64,000 bases of DNA from Octopus sinensis (lineage: Eukaryota), in NCBI RefSeq assembly GCF_006345805.1, contig NC_042998.1:138446001-138510000 (forward strand), given 5' to 3'. The translations under genes and the position numbers were made by a program. Positions within the stretch are counted from its first letter, which is position 1; each line of letters opens with the position of its first letter. Below the pieces are notes generated by a model. It saw only the letters and a list, made by a program, of their open reading frames with translations, was not told the origin of the DNA and searched no databases. This document shows, one piece after another, positions 14,328-28,265 of this stretch.

Positions 14328-15068
14328 AATGAAACCATTGATCATGTTGTCTCCAAGTGCAGTCTTCTAGCGCCTACAGAGTATCTCAACAGGCATGATA
14401 GAGCTGCACAATATATTCACTGGGTAATTTGCAAAAACCTGGATTTGCCTCATGAAATAAACTGGTGGGAACACAAACCACCTCCAGTGCTTGAAAATGA
14501 CCACATCTCACTCCTCTGGAACTTCACCATTCAAACTGACAGAAAGATAGATGCAAATAGGCCAGACATCATATTGAAAGATTTCAGACAAAGAACATGC
14601 CTCCTCATTGATATGACTGTCCCAATCGATATAAACGTATCTCTCAAGACCTACCAGAAACTGAGAAAATATAAAGATCTTGAAATAGAAATCAGCAAAA
14701 TGTGGAACCTGAAGACTAAAACAATACCTGTTGTCATAGGTGCATTGGGAATGATAGCAAAAGGGGCTGATTGCTACCTAACTCAGATACCAGGAAACCC
14801 AAAAATGGCAGAAATTCAAAAGATAGTGCTCATAGGAACTGCTCATATCCTACGCAAAATACTTTCTATGTAATCTCAAGTTTTAAAACAAACATACTTT
14901 TCGTTTTTTTTTGTTTTTTTAAGACATTCACTAGTACAACACTAAATACAAAACCAAATATATGGCACACTAGGCATAACAACAACATGAACTTCCAACC
15001 TGTTGTCTCTTGAGGTCTCTGGGTGAGACTTGGAGCCAACTTGTACAAATATAAAGCAAAAGTCAAAC

Positions 15069-15070
<2 letters not shown>
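14328..15070 (+). mobile_element. R4/Dong-like LINE 3' end (zinc knuckle plus restriction-like endonuclease) in a (TAA)n tract
   Basis: ETIDHVVSKC..RHDRAAQYIHW..LLWNFTIQTD..NRPDII..LIDMTVP..KYKDL..PVVIGALG. Stop at 14873, then a 3' UTR, then (TAA)n at 15071-15137; (TAA)n also lies on the left. Confidence 0.9.
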
Positions 15071-15140
<70 letters not shown>

Positions 15141-15215
15141 CAACAACAATAATAATTCTTTTATTGGCACTAGGCCTAGAATTTGTAGAGAAGGAATATA
15201 GTTGACTGACTGAAG

Positions 15216-15430
15216 ATGGCGAGCTGGCAGAATCTTTAACGCGTTGAACAAAATGCTTAGTAACACCTCTTCAAGCTCTTTTTGTTCTAAGTTCAAATCT
15301 TGCCGAGGTCAACAATGTTTTTCATCCTTTCGGGCTCGATAAAATAAAATGCAAGTCATTTACTTGGAGTGATACAATTGACGAACCCCTTCTCCTGAAA
15401 TTGCTGGCCCTTGTGCCAAAATTTGTAACA
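15216..15430 (+). mobile_element. SINE family B, diverged
   Basis: gatggcgagctggcagaatc...gccgaggtcaac...catcctttcgggctcgataaaat. Confidence 0.75.
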
Positions 15431-18400
15431 ATATAGTTGACTGAACCGACTTTCGATACATTACTAGCATCTATTAATAATATCGACCTAAAAAGAAAAC
15501 GCTTAAGCCCACCTTGGCGGGAATTGGAATCTAGAGTATAAAGAGACGTAACTAAATTACACGGTCTTTATTCAGAAATTCTGCATCTTTAATAATAATG
15601 GTTTCTAGCATAAACACCAAGCCATAAATTTAATGCAGGGAGCAAATAATTAAACTGACCCTTCACGATGGATACCTATTTTAACTTCATCAGTACATAT
15701 TCTATCGATCCTAGTAACAGAGATGTTTTCTATGCTTCAAGAAAATGTCTATATAAGAATAGCCGACAAAAATACAGGTTGGTTTGTTGGTTGGGTGGCT
15801 GGTTGATTAATTACTTCAGTCGCGATTTATTTCATGTAGAGAGAGGAGACAGAGCAAAAAAGAGATACAGTTAACATGAGCGGTACATGATAAGTTCACA
15901 TGCTAGGCCTGGTGGCAGATAATGAGTAAAACAAAGCTACATACACACATAGTGATAAAGAAAGAATCATAGAGACAGGGGAGGGGAGCTGAAAGAGAAA
16001 TTTTGTGGGATGAGTCATACGAATGAGAAATTTATCTTCTATAATTTTAACTGAAGATGATAAATATTTTTCTTTTGAAAAATAGTATTCATTTCATCAT
16101 TCTCTATAGACACCAAGAAATTGGATAATAGTTAAATCATAATTATTATATGTATGCCATACTTTCTGATATTACTCATGATGGCAAAAGCATACTTCCA
16201 AAGTTACTCAAATGATGGGTGACACTATAGTTTAATGCATAGGAGTACACATGCAAACACATATACACACGCACACATTTATACGTATGTGTGCGTGTGT
16301 ACGCGTATGTGTATTTTGTGTTTGTGTCGAGTGGTAGATGCTGTAATATTTCAATCTGACTCGGTTACCTCCTTTTACACCCAAACGAGTTTCATTATAT
16401 CTTGTGGTATGATTGGTATGATTGGTACGACAAAATATTTCCCAAATATACTGGAGTCAATAAAATCAACTGAAGCCCTTGAAAGCAGTGCCCAAACATG
16501 GCCGCAATCCAGTAGCTGAAACCAGTTTCAAAAAATGATAATAATAAAAGCGTATAAAAAAAGCATTAAATTCTTAAGAAAGGAAGTTTATACCTTACAA
16601 CGTTAAGGTAAAAGTGATAAAGGGAAACATAAAAGAAGTAATTAGTTAGAAATATAAATTGCAAGTTTTAGATGGCGACGCGATATCGATGGAAGAATAT
16701 AATTGGATTAAGGAATTTCCGGGTATAAATAAAGTTTAGTGAGCAAGATTAACATCATAGCAAGAAACGGTAAAGAGCAGAGTAGATGTTAATGAAATCG
16801 AGAAAAATATATGACGAAAATAATGTCACTTGTGGCAATCAATATATGTTATGATGGTGATGCTCTTGTTATAGAAATATTGGGTTTTGGAGTTGTACTT
16901 GTCTGGCAAGTGATTTGATCTGAGACCGTGTATTGAAACTAAAACTACTGCAGTGGGGAAGACTCAGTAGAACTGTGTCAGTGACCAAATTGTAGACAGT
17001 GAAAGGAAATTTTTATACTAAATAATAAACTATTAAGTAAAATTAGTAATCTGTGAGTGTTTTCGAATGGTTATAATGAGTCTTCCACGTTGCAATCGCT
17101 GTTAGGTTTCGAATTTTCTTTTCTTAAAGCAGAAAATACTGATTGCGTAAAAGGTGACTAGAAGAACACATAAAAATTGTAAAAAGATCTGTCACTTTCT
17201 CCAGTATTTCCAAAACCAATTGCAACACCAGGCTTATGATGTATTACAAAGAATATATTAGTTATTGCGTAAAAGATATACAGACTTAATTTAAACAAAG
17301 CCTTCGATCACAGATCAACTGCGAACATGAAACTCATCGCAGATTTTTTTTTCTTTCTTATTCTATAGGAAGTACATTCTGAAATAAATAATATATATAA
17401 ATTGTGGAATGCCACCAATCAAAAATATACTACAAGCTAGGTCCTTACAACAAACTTGGTGCTTTCTATGGACTCTTAAATAGAAGAAAGCTGTTGATTA
17501 ATCACAGATTATGGACTAGCATTGTAGTAGGCAACTAATGCCTGCTACAGCGGACTGACTGTCGTCTGGAAATAAACAACAAAAATGTATGCTTATTATA
17601 TGAATGATAGTCTGTGTATGAGCTGTTGGGAACTCAATTAACCGTTCGTTCGTTCTAATTATACAACTTGTTAATTTAGAAATGGAGTATAAAATAGTTC
17701 CTGAGTAAAGAAAAAAAAAATGTTATCAGAGCTTTTAGCCATAATTTATCCATCTTCCGGAGAGATGCGACGTTAAAAAGAGCTAATATATCTCGTAGCG
17801 AGTAAATGAGCACAATTATCTGAAAACCTGATATGCCTAGAAGCTTTAGAAGTGATATGTAAATGAATAACTGGTTAGCTTATGAGTAACATGTTAAGTG
17901 TGTATGTGTGTATGTATGTGAGTGCATGAGAAAGGGGATGGATGAGAACGAAAGAGAAGCGAAAGAGAAAGAGAAATTTAAAACTTGTACGGTGAGCTCT
18001 GCAATCCAACACTGAATTCTCGGATTAATATTACAGAAACCCCTGTTTGGCCTTTTCTTGAATCTCTATTGAAATGGGGTGACTGACGTAACATCACATT
18101 TCGTTCATTTATAAAACCAATTCCAACATTTTTGTAAAAGAATTAACGAATAATTGTTGCGAACGGCAGCGTAAATTAGATCTACTTGAACTAAACCCAC
18201 ATATAGGTTTTCTTTTCTTATTTGAAACTATTCATTTCGTTATCTTCTTGTTACTTTTAGCTAAAAAGAGCAATTTGACCTTTTCACCGTGCGCTAATGA
18301 AACACGTGTTATTGTAACCCTTTTTCTTAGAGAAGATTATTGAGTTCTACATATGTTAATTTTTCCATGGACTTAACACAACTGGACATAGTACTAACAT

Positions 18401-18503
18401 AAAATATTTCATGTAAAGGGAATTTATACATAAAACCACTATAGAGCAACTCATGTAGTACATGTCGTCATCGTAGTATCCTCATTATGGTAGTTGTTGT
18501 TAA

Positions 18504-18723
18504 GCCTTTAGCATTCAGATTTCTCTGTCAAATGTAATGCTTATTTATTGACAATGTTTTGAATTAATATTGCATTATCTCATAACTTTGAGATTTCAAT
18601 GATGTGGTTGTATATTTTTACGATTATATTGAAGGGTAGGTGCGAGAGGCCAGATTTGGCCAGTTGAAACATAAACCAATTAGAATATTTGGGATGGATA
18701 TGGCCTGTTTAAGTACTAAAGGG
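18504..18723. mobile_element. piggyBac-type MITE (~220 bp)
   Basis: ttaa-(c)cctttagc ... ctaaaggg-tta termini. Homologous in inverted orientation to 42723-42942. Confidence 0.65.
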
Positions 18724-19801
18724 TTATGATATCACTAAAGGCCAAGTTTTCGAGTAGTGAATCAACATCACATTTACTGTAGACGTAACTCATTCACTTC
18801 ATCAAGACAAGAGGAGGACATCAATTCATCAACTATTAAGATATTTTTTACAGCGCTTATGCGACTTATCCGTTGAGATATTAAGTAACCGTTGAGAATA
18901 TAATGGCCTTAGATAAATACAGTGCAGGCAACATGATTTCAATTCCTAAGGAAATATAACGAAGCAGAGCATGCATTTTGACTGATGCTCCACTGATTCT
19001 ACAAGTATAAACACATTCTTGCACTAGAATTTTTATTTCTGTATACCACAATCTCCTTCATAAAAATACAGGCTATCTCTTCTGTCTTGCAACTAACTAT
19101 ATGTCTGCCTCTATATTTGCTTTAACTCAAACACACGTTCAAGCACACACACGCGCGAGCGCACTATAATTCCAGTTTTCTCTCTCCCCCTCTCTCTCTC
19201 TCTCTCCGTCTCTCTCTCCCTCCATCTCTCTCTCTCTCCCTCCCTAATTCTCTCTTCTCGTTAAAAATTCTTTTCTCTTTCATTCCTGTATCCTTTTGCA
19301 TATTGTACCATTTTCATTTGCTCTATAATTACCAACTCCTTTCCTCCTTCACTAACTTTCTCATTCTCTCTTCCTCTCGCTCCCCCTCTCTCTCTCTCTC
19401 TCTCTCTCCATCTCCCTCTCCCTTTCCCTCTCTCTCATTCTCTTTCTCCTTTCTTCTCCTCCCCCTTCACTCTCCCTTTACTATACTCTCATGCCTTTTT
19501 CTCTCACCCAATTTTTTCCTACCTCCTTTCTCCTTTCTCTTTCCTCTCCCTACCATCCTTACAAGTCATTCTTTCATCCTATTCTCCTCTATGTCCCTGT
19601 CAGTCACCTACGCCCTTCCTCACTTACACATTATCTCAAACGCAGTCAGTCAACATAACATTATGAAAGAAACATTTTGCATTACAATATCAATTCTACC
19701 GCGAAAACAATTCCCTGGCACACGCAATTACCAATTATCCTTAACTCTTGCCGATTGAACACAAAAATACATGTTTGCCTGTGATAGACAGATAGATAGA
19801 T

Positions 19802-19882
<81 letters not shown>

Positions 19883-19898
19883 TGATAAATGAAAAGAT

Positions 19899-19961
<63 letters not shown>

Positions 19962-20670
19962 TTTGTTATGAGCGACAGAAACTGTATTAGTTCAAAATAA
20001 CAATCTCGGCATCATACTTAAAGAAGGCACTTGGTCAAAGCCTGTTATACTGTGATACTCGTTTCGAGATAGCAGAAATATAGCACTAATAGGCGAAAAT
20101 CGCCCAGCAGCGATGGTCGGTCATTGCTAAATATGTGTTTCTACTTCTGCTTTATGTTATCAGTAGCGAATAATTTTGTCTTAACATGCGGTCGCTTGTA
20201 GATACTTCCAACTAACGTAACACAAAGACGCAGAAATACGTATTTCGCAATGCCATCACCGCTGCTGGATGGTTTTTGTTTGCTACTGATATATATATTT
20301 TTTTAATTTTATATATCTATAAGAAATGCTTTCTCGAGACGAATACCGCAGTTTAGCAGGCTTTCAATGATGTAATAGTGCATCTGCTTTAAGTATCACA
20401 CACACAACACACCACACACATACACACACACACATGCTCATACAAGTATACATGCATACTTGTGAAGGCAGAAGGCTCTGTGGTTAAGGTTTTCGGCTTG
20501 TCCGTATAAGATAGTGGGTACGGTTCGTGAGCCGGAGAGAGCTTTGTATCCTTGAGCAAGGCATTTCTCGTTGCTCCATTTAACGCATCTGTAAATAAGT
20601 AGTAGTTGGGTGCTAACAGAATCAGTTGTCATGCAATAAACATGAACAGGAATACAGACAATACACCCTC

Positions 20671-20721
<51 letters not shown>

Positions 20722-20799
20722 TCACACACACACACGCATATACATTTTTTGTAATCTTTGGGATTATGCGTAGGTAGGAATACATGCATCTGATATATA

Positions 20800-20962
20800 G
20801 GCGCAGGAGTGGGTGTGTGGTAAGTAGCTTGCTTACTAACCACATGGTTCCAGGTTCATTCCCACCGCGTGGCACCTTGAGCAAATGTCTTCTACTATAG
20901 CATCGGGCCGATCAAAGCCTTGTGGGTGGATTTGGTAGACGAAAACTGAAAGAAGCCCGTCG
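20800..20962 (+). mobile_element. SINE family A, 5' half
   Basis: ggcgcaggagtgggtgtgtggtaagtagcttgc...gaaagaagcccgtcg. Confidence 0.85.
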
Positions 20963-21064
20963 TATATATGTGTATGTGTATATATATATATTTATATTAT
21001 ATATATATATATATATTTATATTATATATATATATATATGTAATAAAATAGAACATATGCATAT

Positions 21065-21164
21065 NNNNNNNNNNNNNNNNNNNNNNNNNNNNNNNNNNNN
21101 NNNNNNNNNNNNNNNNNNNNNNNNNNNNNNNNNNNNNNNNNNNNNNNNNNNNNNNNNNNNNNNN
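21065..21164. other. Assembly gap (100 N)
   Basis: Run of exactly 100 N; true size unknown. Confidence 1.
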
Positions 21165-21237
21165 CAGAACGTAGCGACGGGCGAAATACCGCTATGCATT
21201 TTGCCCGGCGTGCTAATGATCTGCCAGCTGGCCGCAT

Positions 21238-21420
21238 GATTTTTGTCTGAAGTCTTTCAATATGATGTTTGGCCTATTCGCATCTATCTTTCTGTCAGTT
21301 TGAATGGTGAAGTTCCAGAGGAGTGAGATGTGATCATTTTCAAGCACTGAAGGTGATTTGTCTTCCCACCAATTTTTATCAAGGGGCAAGTCCAAGCTTT
21401 TGTAAATTACCCAGTGAATA
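21238..21420 (-). mobile_element. R4/Dong-like RLE fragment, same family as 14328-15070
   Basis: WWEDKSPSVLENDHISLLWNFTIQTDRKIDANRPNIILKDFRQK, nearly identical to the 14.5-kb copy. Confidence 0.9.
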
Positions 21421-21454
21421 TATAATAATAGTAGTAGTAGTAGTAGTAGTAGTA

Positions 21455-21492
<38 letters not shown>

Positions 21493-21494
21493 AT

Positions 21495-22650
21495 TCATTC
21501 TTTTATTGGCTACAAGGGCTCAAATATAATTACATTAAAAGACAATTCATAAAAGACAAAAATAGGATGATACAATGTTTTACAATGTGTAAACAATATA
21601 AATAACAATTAAAAATTAAACAATTTAAAACTCCCAATAGGTGAAGCGCTTTAAGTACCTCGTGGGAAAACCTTCAAAAGCCATGGGTGCCGGAACAACA
21701 GGGCAAGAGCCCTTCTCCTTTTGTTTACTGGTGCACGCTCAGAATTGGTCCTTTCACACTGGCCATTCTTCCAACATTCACCCACCTTTCAACAAACTTG
21801 CTACAAGGCAACACTTCCCTCTCTACCTTCAACTTCCTTTTCAAGGGAAACTCGAAAAAGTTGATGAGAGCTTGGCCAAAGAGGAAAGTATCTGTCTTTA
21901 ATCCTTTCAAACGAGTTCACCATACTACTGCTTTCGCTACAGCCACTAGACAAATAAAAATTGCCTGCCCCTCCCGGCCAAAAGAGGGTGGCGGGGCAAT
22001 CTTCACAATGGATTCAGCTGAAAGCCGGATCCGTCAGCAGTTGCTCGACATAAATCCACAGATCAGCAATACTCGGGCGTTGGACTAGGGCGCGCAGAAC
22101 AATTTCATAGTTCTGGGCGCACCTCGGGCAGGCCCGGCTGACGGCACTTCCGTGCCTGTAAAGTTTATCCTGAACAGACAGCGCCCCACGGTAGCACTGC
22201 CAGGCAAGGGATTTCTGGAAGTTATCCATAGGCCCAGGCTCGAAAATTCTGCGAAACAGACCGGTTAGCTGATCTTCATCGACGCCCAGAATTTCCCCGA
22301 GAACGTCGTCGCACATTCCCTCCACTAGCCCTTTATAGAACGCTGGAGTAGAACTACCACCGACCGCATTGCTCGCTTGGCGGAGGGCTGTGAGCGCTTG
22401 ACGGCACTCGAGGTGCCAAGCGCCCCTCCTCGGTCTACGCCTAATCCAGGATTGCAGCTCAGTTAAACAGACGAGCTGTGGAAAAGCTTGTCTTACAAAC
22501 GGTGACCACACCTACTCACTGTCAAGGAAACGCTGGAGATGCCGCAACCTCAGTGCATGTCTGCGCATCAGTAACCACAGCAAACCCAGCCCTCCATTCA
22601 GCGGCTATTGACAGCAGATGGAGTGCCTGACCATTGGAACGCGGCCCCTC
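21495..22650 (-). mobile_element. Tx1-clade LINE 3' fragment (copy 1)
   Basis: WSPFVRQAFPQL..MDNFQKSLAWQCYRGAL.V.DKLYRHGS.V..ACPRC (zf-RVT-like), then VETWVNVGRMA. 3' tail is next to (TAG)n. Confidence 0.8.
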
Positions 22651-22664
22651 CACAGAAATAATTT

Positions 22665-23640
22665 CATTTATTTGCCACAAGGGTGAAGGATGAGGGGGAC
22701 AATACAGAGACAGACATAAAGTTTGAGGGTTTACATATAATAATATAAGAAAAAACAAAGGAAAGAAAAAAGTATACATGGTATACACTGAAAATGACGG
22801 GACATATACATAGCATACAAAGATTAAAAAAAGGAAAATAGCGGGGAGGATGATAGAGATGTGGCCCTTCTGATACAGGAAGGCTTCTGGGGATAATCGA
22901 GGAATCCCACTGTCCGAGATTTCCCGGAAACCCTGGGAGTAAGTGCCCTCTCCAATTCCTTCTCTCCGACTCACAGGTCTACACTTAGAGAGGTACCATT
23001 CGCTCTTGCCATTTTTGCAACTTTCACCCACGTTTCAATAAATTCACTAGAGGACAGCACTTCCCTCTCCACTCTCAATCTCCTTTTCAAGTGAAACTTG
23101 AAAAAGCCAATGAGAGCTCTATGAAAGAGGAATGTAGCTGTCCTCATGCCTTTCAGCCTTGACCACCAAACGACCTCTTTCGCCACAGCCACCAGGAAAA
23201 GGAAAGCTGCCTTGCTTACCTGATCGAAGGAGGGCGGCGGTCATCATTACAGACTCGGCCGACAGACGGAAGTGTCACATACGTAACAGCAGCTGTTCAA
23301 CATAACTCCACAAGTTAGCAATGCCCAGACACTAAGCGAGAATGTGCAAAACGGTTTCGTCACTCTGCGCACACCTCGAACAAGTCCGTCTGACAGCACA
23401 TCCGTGCCCTTAAAGTTTATCTCGAACAGGTAGTGCTCCCCGGTAGCACTGCCAAGCAAAGGACGTCTGGAAATTATCCATGATAATTCCCGACTGGAAA
23501 GTCCTCTTGAACAAGCTAGCCAGTTCGTTCTCCTCGGCGCGCAGAGGCTCCCCGAGAACAATCATTTCTACAATAGGCACAAAGCCTAAAATTTGGTGAG
23601 AGAGGACTAGTCGATTACATCGCCTCCAATATTTCACTGA
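22665..23640 (-). mobile_element. Tx1-clade LINE 3' fragment (copy 2, more degenerate)
   Basis: MDNFQTSFAWQCYRGALPVRDKL; AVAKEVVWWSRLKG..FFKFHLKRRLRVEREVL. Confidence 0.8.
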
Positions 23641-23774
23641 CACTTAATCTATCGACCCGAAAGGATACAAGGTAATGTCAACCTCGGCGGAATTTGAACT
23701 CAGAAAGTAGCGGCAGACAAAATACTGCAAAGCATTTTCCCAGCGTACTAACGAGTCTGCCAGCTCGCCGCCTT
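23641..23774 (-). mobile_element. SINE family B 5' half abutting a Tx1 fragment
   Basis: Reverse complement of aaggcggcgagctgg...gggtcgatagattaagtg. The SINE tail is absent. Confidence 0.85.
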
Positions 23775-23980
23775 AATAATATTATTAATAATAATGGTAT
23801 TTTGATAGAATATCAATAAATAAAGTCTATGAATGTGATTGAGGATATGATTGGACTAATGTTAGTAAGATTTTTAGTAAGAAAAAAAAGCATTGCTATA
23901 TAAGAATTACTTCAACCAAGTTTTCTGCATCGTGATACTTGTAAATATAATAGACACACAAACCCAAACACACACACACA

Positions 23981-24042
<62 letters not shown>

Positions 24043-24199
24043 TTATGCGAGTGAGTTTCTTATTGAATATCTAGTTTCTCACCCATCCATATATATATAT
24101 TTGTGAGTGTGAATCTATGTATTCGTCTGTGTGTGTGAGCGTGTGTGTATGTGTGTGTGTGTGTGTGCGTGTGCGTGCGCAAGTATATATTGTTTTATG

Positions 24200-24970
24200 T
24201 TTAGACTGCAGTCCTACCGGGTCACCACTTTGAAGAATTCTAATCGAACAAATGACCCCAGTACTTATTATTATTTTTTTAATGCAGATACTTATTCTAT
24301 CGATCTCGTTTACCAAAACCGCTACGGGGACGTAAACATAACTACACCGGTTGAAAAGCGGGGATGAGGGAGAAACACGGGCACAAACACTAACACACGT
24401 ACACACATGCGACAAGCTTCTTTCAGTCTATCAAACCCACTCTCAAGGCTTTAGTCGGCCCAAATGCATCGCAGTGAGACTTGACCCGGAACCATGTGGT
24501 TGGAAAGCAAGCTTCTTACCACAGTCACGACACACACACGTACACTCACGCACATACATACATACATACATACATACATACATACATACATACATACATA
24601 CATGCTTACAAACGCACATACATACATACATGTTTTAGTCATTTCCCTGAAACCATGCTGGAGCACCACCTTAAAGGGTTTTATAGTCGAAGGAATCGTC
24701 CCCAGTAAGTCTAGTACTTTCTTTATCGGGTTTTTTTTTTTTTGGCCGAACAGTTCAGTTACAGAGACATAAACACACCAACATCGGTTGAAGAGACAAA
24801 CAGACTGAAAAACACATACCTATAAATAAATATTTTCCGTCTACCAAATCCACTCACAAGGCTTTAGTCGACGTAGAAAATACTTGCCCAAAGTATTACC
24901 AGTAGGTCTGAACCCGGAACCACGTCGTTGGGAAGCAAGCTTCTTACCACAATGCCTCGACTGTGCCTAT
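24200..24970 (-). mobile_element. Cluster of nested or partial SINE family A copies
   Basis: Several reverse-complement segments of the family A head and tail, separated by (CATA)n. Confidence 0.75.
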
Positions 24971-25006
24971 AAATACACACGTATGTATGTATGTGTAATG
25001 TATATG

Positions 25007-25079
<73 letters not shown>

Positions 25080-25118
25080 CGTTTATGAATTTGTGTTGCA
25101 AGATTCCGTATACATACA

Positions 25119-25211
<93 letters not shown>

Positions 25212-25215
25212 TATA

Positions 25216-25423
25216 GTTAATCCAAACATGAACAAAGAGAAAACACAACAACACGAGGAACAGTATAGTGGAACAGGTATAGTGTTACTGGACGCTCAGG
25301 AAAGGAAAGGAAGAAGGAGGATTTAACGTTTCGAGCGGAGCTCTTCGTCAGAAACAGAAGGAAAGATCCAAGGAAGGGAAGACAGAGGAAAATAAAATCG
25401 CCAACGATACACACGCGGTCACA
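25216..25423 (-). mobile_element. Short (~210 bp) element with hammerhead-like core, probably derived from a Penelope pseudo-LTR
   Basis: Minus strand CTGACGA-A-GAGC-tcc-GCTC-GAAACGTT...AGCGTC. Discrete unique block between (TA)n and (TG)n. Confidence 0.6.
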
Positions 25424-25428
25424 TATTA

Positions 25429-25491
<63 letters not shown>

Positions 25492-26030
25492 TCCATATGA
25501 GTGAGAGAGTGGGGGCGACGAGGCGGGAGAGACATATATGTATATAGGTATGCGCACACAGAAGCCAAACCTTCGAAATCGCTGTCAACATTTTCTTTGT
25601 AAAACTTTAATGTTATTTTACTGAAAAGTATTGTGTGATCCATCAATTTAATGTTTGACTGCCTATATATATGTATAGTTAACATATACAAATATATATA
25701 TATATATATTGAGAGAGAGAGAGAGGGAGAGATGTATATATAGATATTTGATATAAGAACTATGCATTTACATTATATATTTATATATATATATATATAT
25801 ATAATATATATATACTTACATAAATATATGTATGAGTGTGTGTATGGATATATATGTATATATACACACACACACACTCACTTGCACGTACACACACATA
25901 CTCATACAAACATTAAGATTTATATATATAATTAGATACATAGATATATGTTATAAGAGTGCGTGGTTGTGTGTGGGTGTACGCACACGCACACACACAT
26001 ACACACACACACATACACACATACATACAT

Positions 26031-26119
<89 letters not shown>

Positions 26120-26261
26120 CATATATAATATGTGTGGACGTTGTGGGGGTACCTTTGTCTGTGTAATTTCTATATACTCAAATATTTGTGTCTGCAAACT
26201 TAATCATAAGTTTATATGTCAATTTATTTATGTTGTAACACACACACACAAACACACACAC

Positions 26262-26296
<35 letters not shown>

Positions 26297-27487
26297 TTTA
26301 TCCATGTATCTATAGAGCTATATCTATTCACCTAAGTTTGAATGTTTGTATGCATGCATGCATATGACTCTCTTTTTTCTCCCTCTCTCTCACTACACGC
26401 ACATTTATATGTATATATATATATATACACATACATATATATATATATACATATGTATATACATATGTATATGCATATATATATACATATACACCCTTAT
26501 ATATATATACATATATATATAAGGGTGTATGTGTATATATACATACATATATACATATATATATGCATATATATACACATACACCCTTATATATATATAT
26601 ATATATAATACATATATACACATCCACTTATATATACATATATATATATGTGTGTGTGTGTGTGTATACACACATATATATATACATATATACATATATA
26701 CATATATATGTATATATATATTGTGTGCGTGTAAATAAATATAAATTGTAGGTGTATATGCATATAAACACATATAAATACATATATAAATTTATGTGTA
26801 TGTGTTGTGAGTCTCTGCATGCGTGCGTGTGTGTATGCGTGTGTATGTGTTGTGTGTATGTGTGTGAGGTTGTTATTATAGGTGTGTGAGAGTACGGCTG
26901 TACCTCTCCACCCATTCATAAGTACGTAATCTACACACTCTTAGTCTGGCAAACATAATAACGGGAGAATGTGACGCTGTGTCGCGAGTTCACAGACAAA
27001 CCACGCCCACCAGCTTCCAATGATTAAATGTTGTTGTGTACACGTAGACGTGTGCGTCTATGTATTTTTATATACGTGTGCGTTTATATATGTCTGCAAT
27101 GTATGTTTTGTTTTGTTTCGTTATCGGTGCGTTTATGTGAGTACGGTTATGTATATGTGTATGCGTGTGCGTAGATGTGCGTATGCGTTATTTTATTTAT
27201 TTATGTATCTATGATTCTTTATGTACGTATGTATATATTTGTGTGCGCATTTGTGCGTGAGCGCATTTACTTCCGTCTGTATATTCTCTATATAAATGAT
27301 GTGTTCTCTGTCTCTGCCTGTCTGTCTGTCTCTCTCTCCCTCTCTCCCACCTTCTCTCTCTCTGTTTGTATTAAGCGTGTGTATGTGCGTGTATGTTTTG
27401 TTTTATTTGCGTCTCTATTTATGTAATTCCATATGTATATGTGTATGTGCGTATATAGGTCTAAATCTTTGTCTATAAGTGATTCTA

Positions 27488-28130
27488 TGCATGTATGTAT
27501 GTATGTATGTATGTATGTATGTATGTATGTATGTATGTATGAATGTATGTATGTATGTATGGTATGTATGAATTTGATGTATGTATGAATGTATGTATGT
27601 ATGAATGGATGTATGAATTATTGAATGTATGTATGTTGTGTATGTATGAATGTATGTATTTATGTATGTAATGTATATATGAATGTATGTATGTATGTAT
27701 GTATATATGAATGTATGTATGTATGTATGTATGTATGTATGTATGTATGTGTGTGTATGTATGTATGAATGTATGTGTGTGTATGTATGTATGAATGTAT
27801 GGTGTGTATGTATGTATGTATGTATGTGTGTGTATGTATGTATGTATGTGTGTGTATGTATGTATGTATGTATGTATGTATGAATGTATGTGTGTGTATG
27901 TATGTATGTATGTATGTGTGTGTATGTATGTATGTATGTATGTGTGTGTATGTATGTATGAATGTATGTATGTATGTATGAATGTATGTATGTATGTATG
28001 AATGTATGAATGTTTGTATGTATGTATGTATGTATGAATGTATGAATGTATGTATGTATGAATGTATGTATATATGTATGAATGTATGTATGAATGTATG
28101 AATGTATGTATGTATGTGTGTATATGTATG

Positions 28131-28162
<32 letters not shown>

Positions 28163-28265
28163 TGTGTGTATGTATGTATGAATGTATGTATGTATGTATG
28201 AATGTATGAATGTATGTATGTATGTATGTATATATGAATGTTTGTATGTATGTATGTATGTATGT
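27488..28265. repeat. ~780-bp compound (TATG/GAAT/TG)n microsatellite
   Basis: Direct inspection. Confidence 0.95.
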
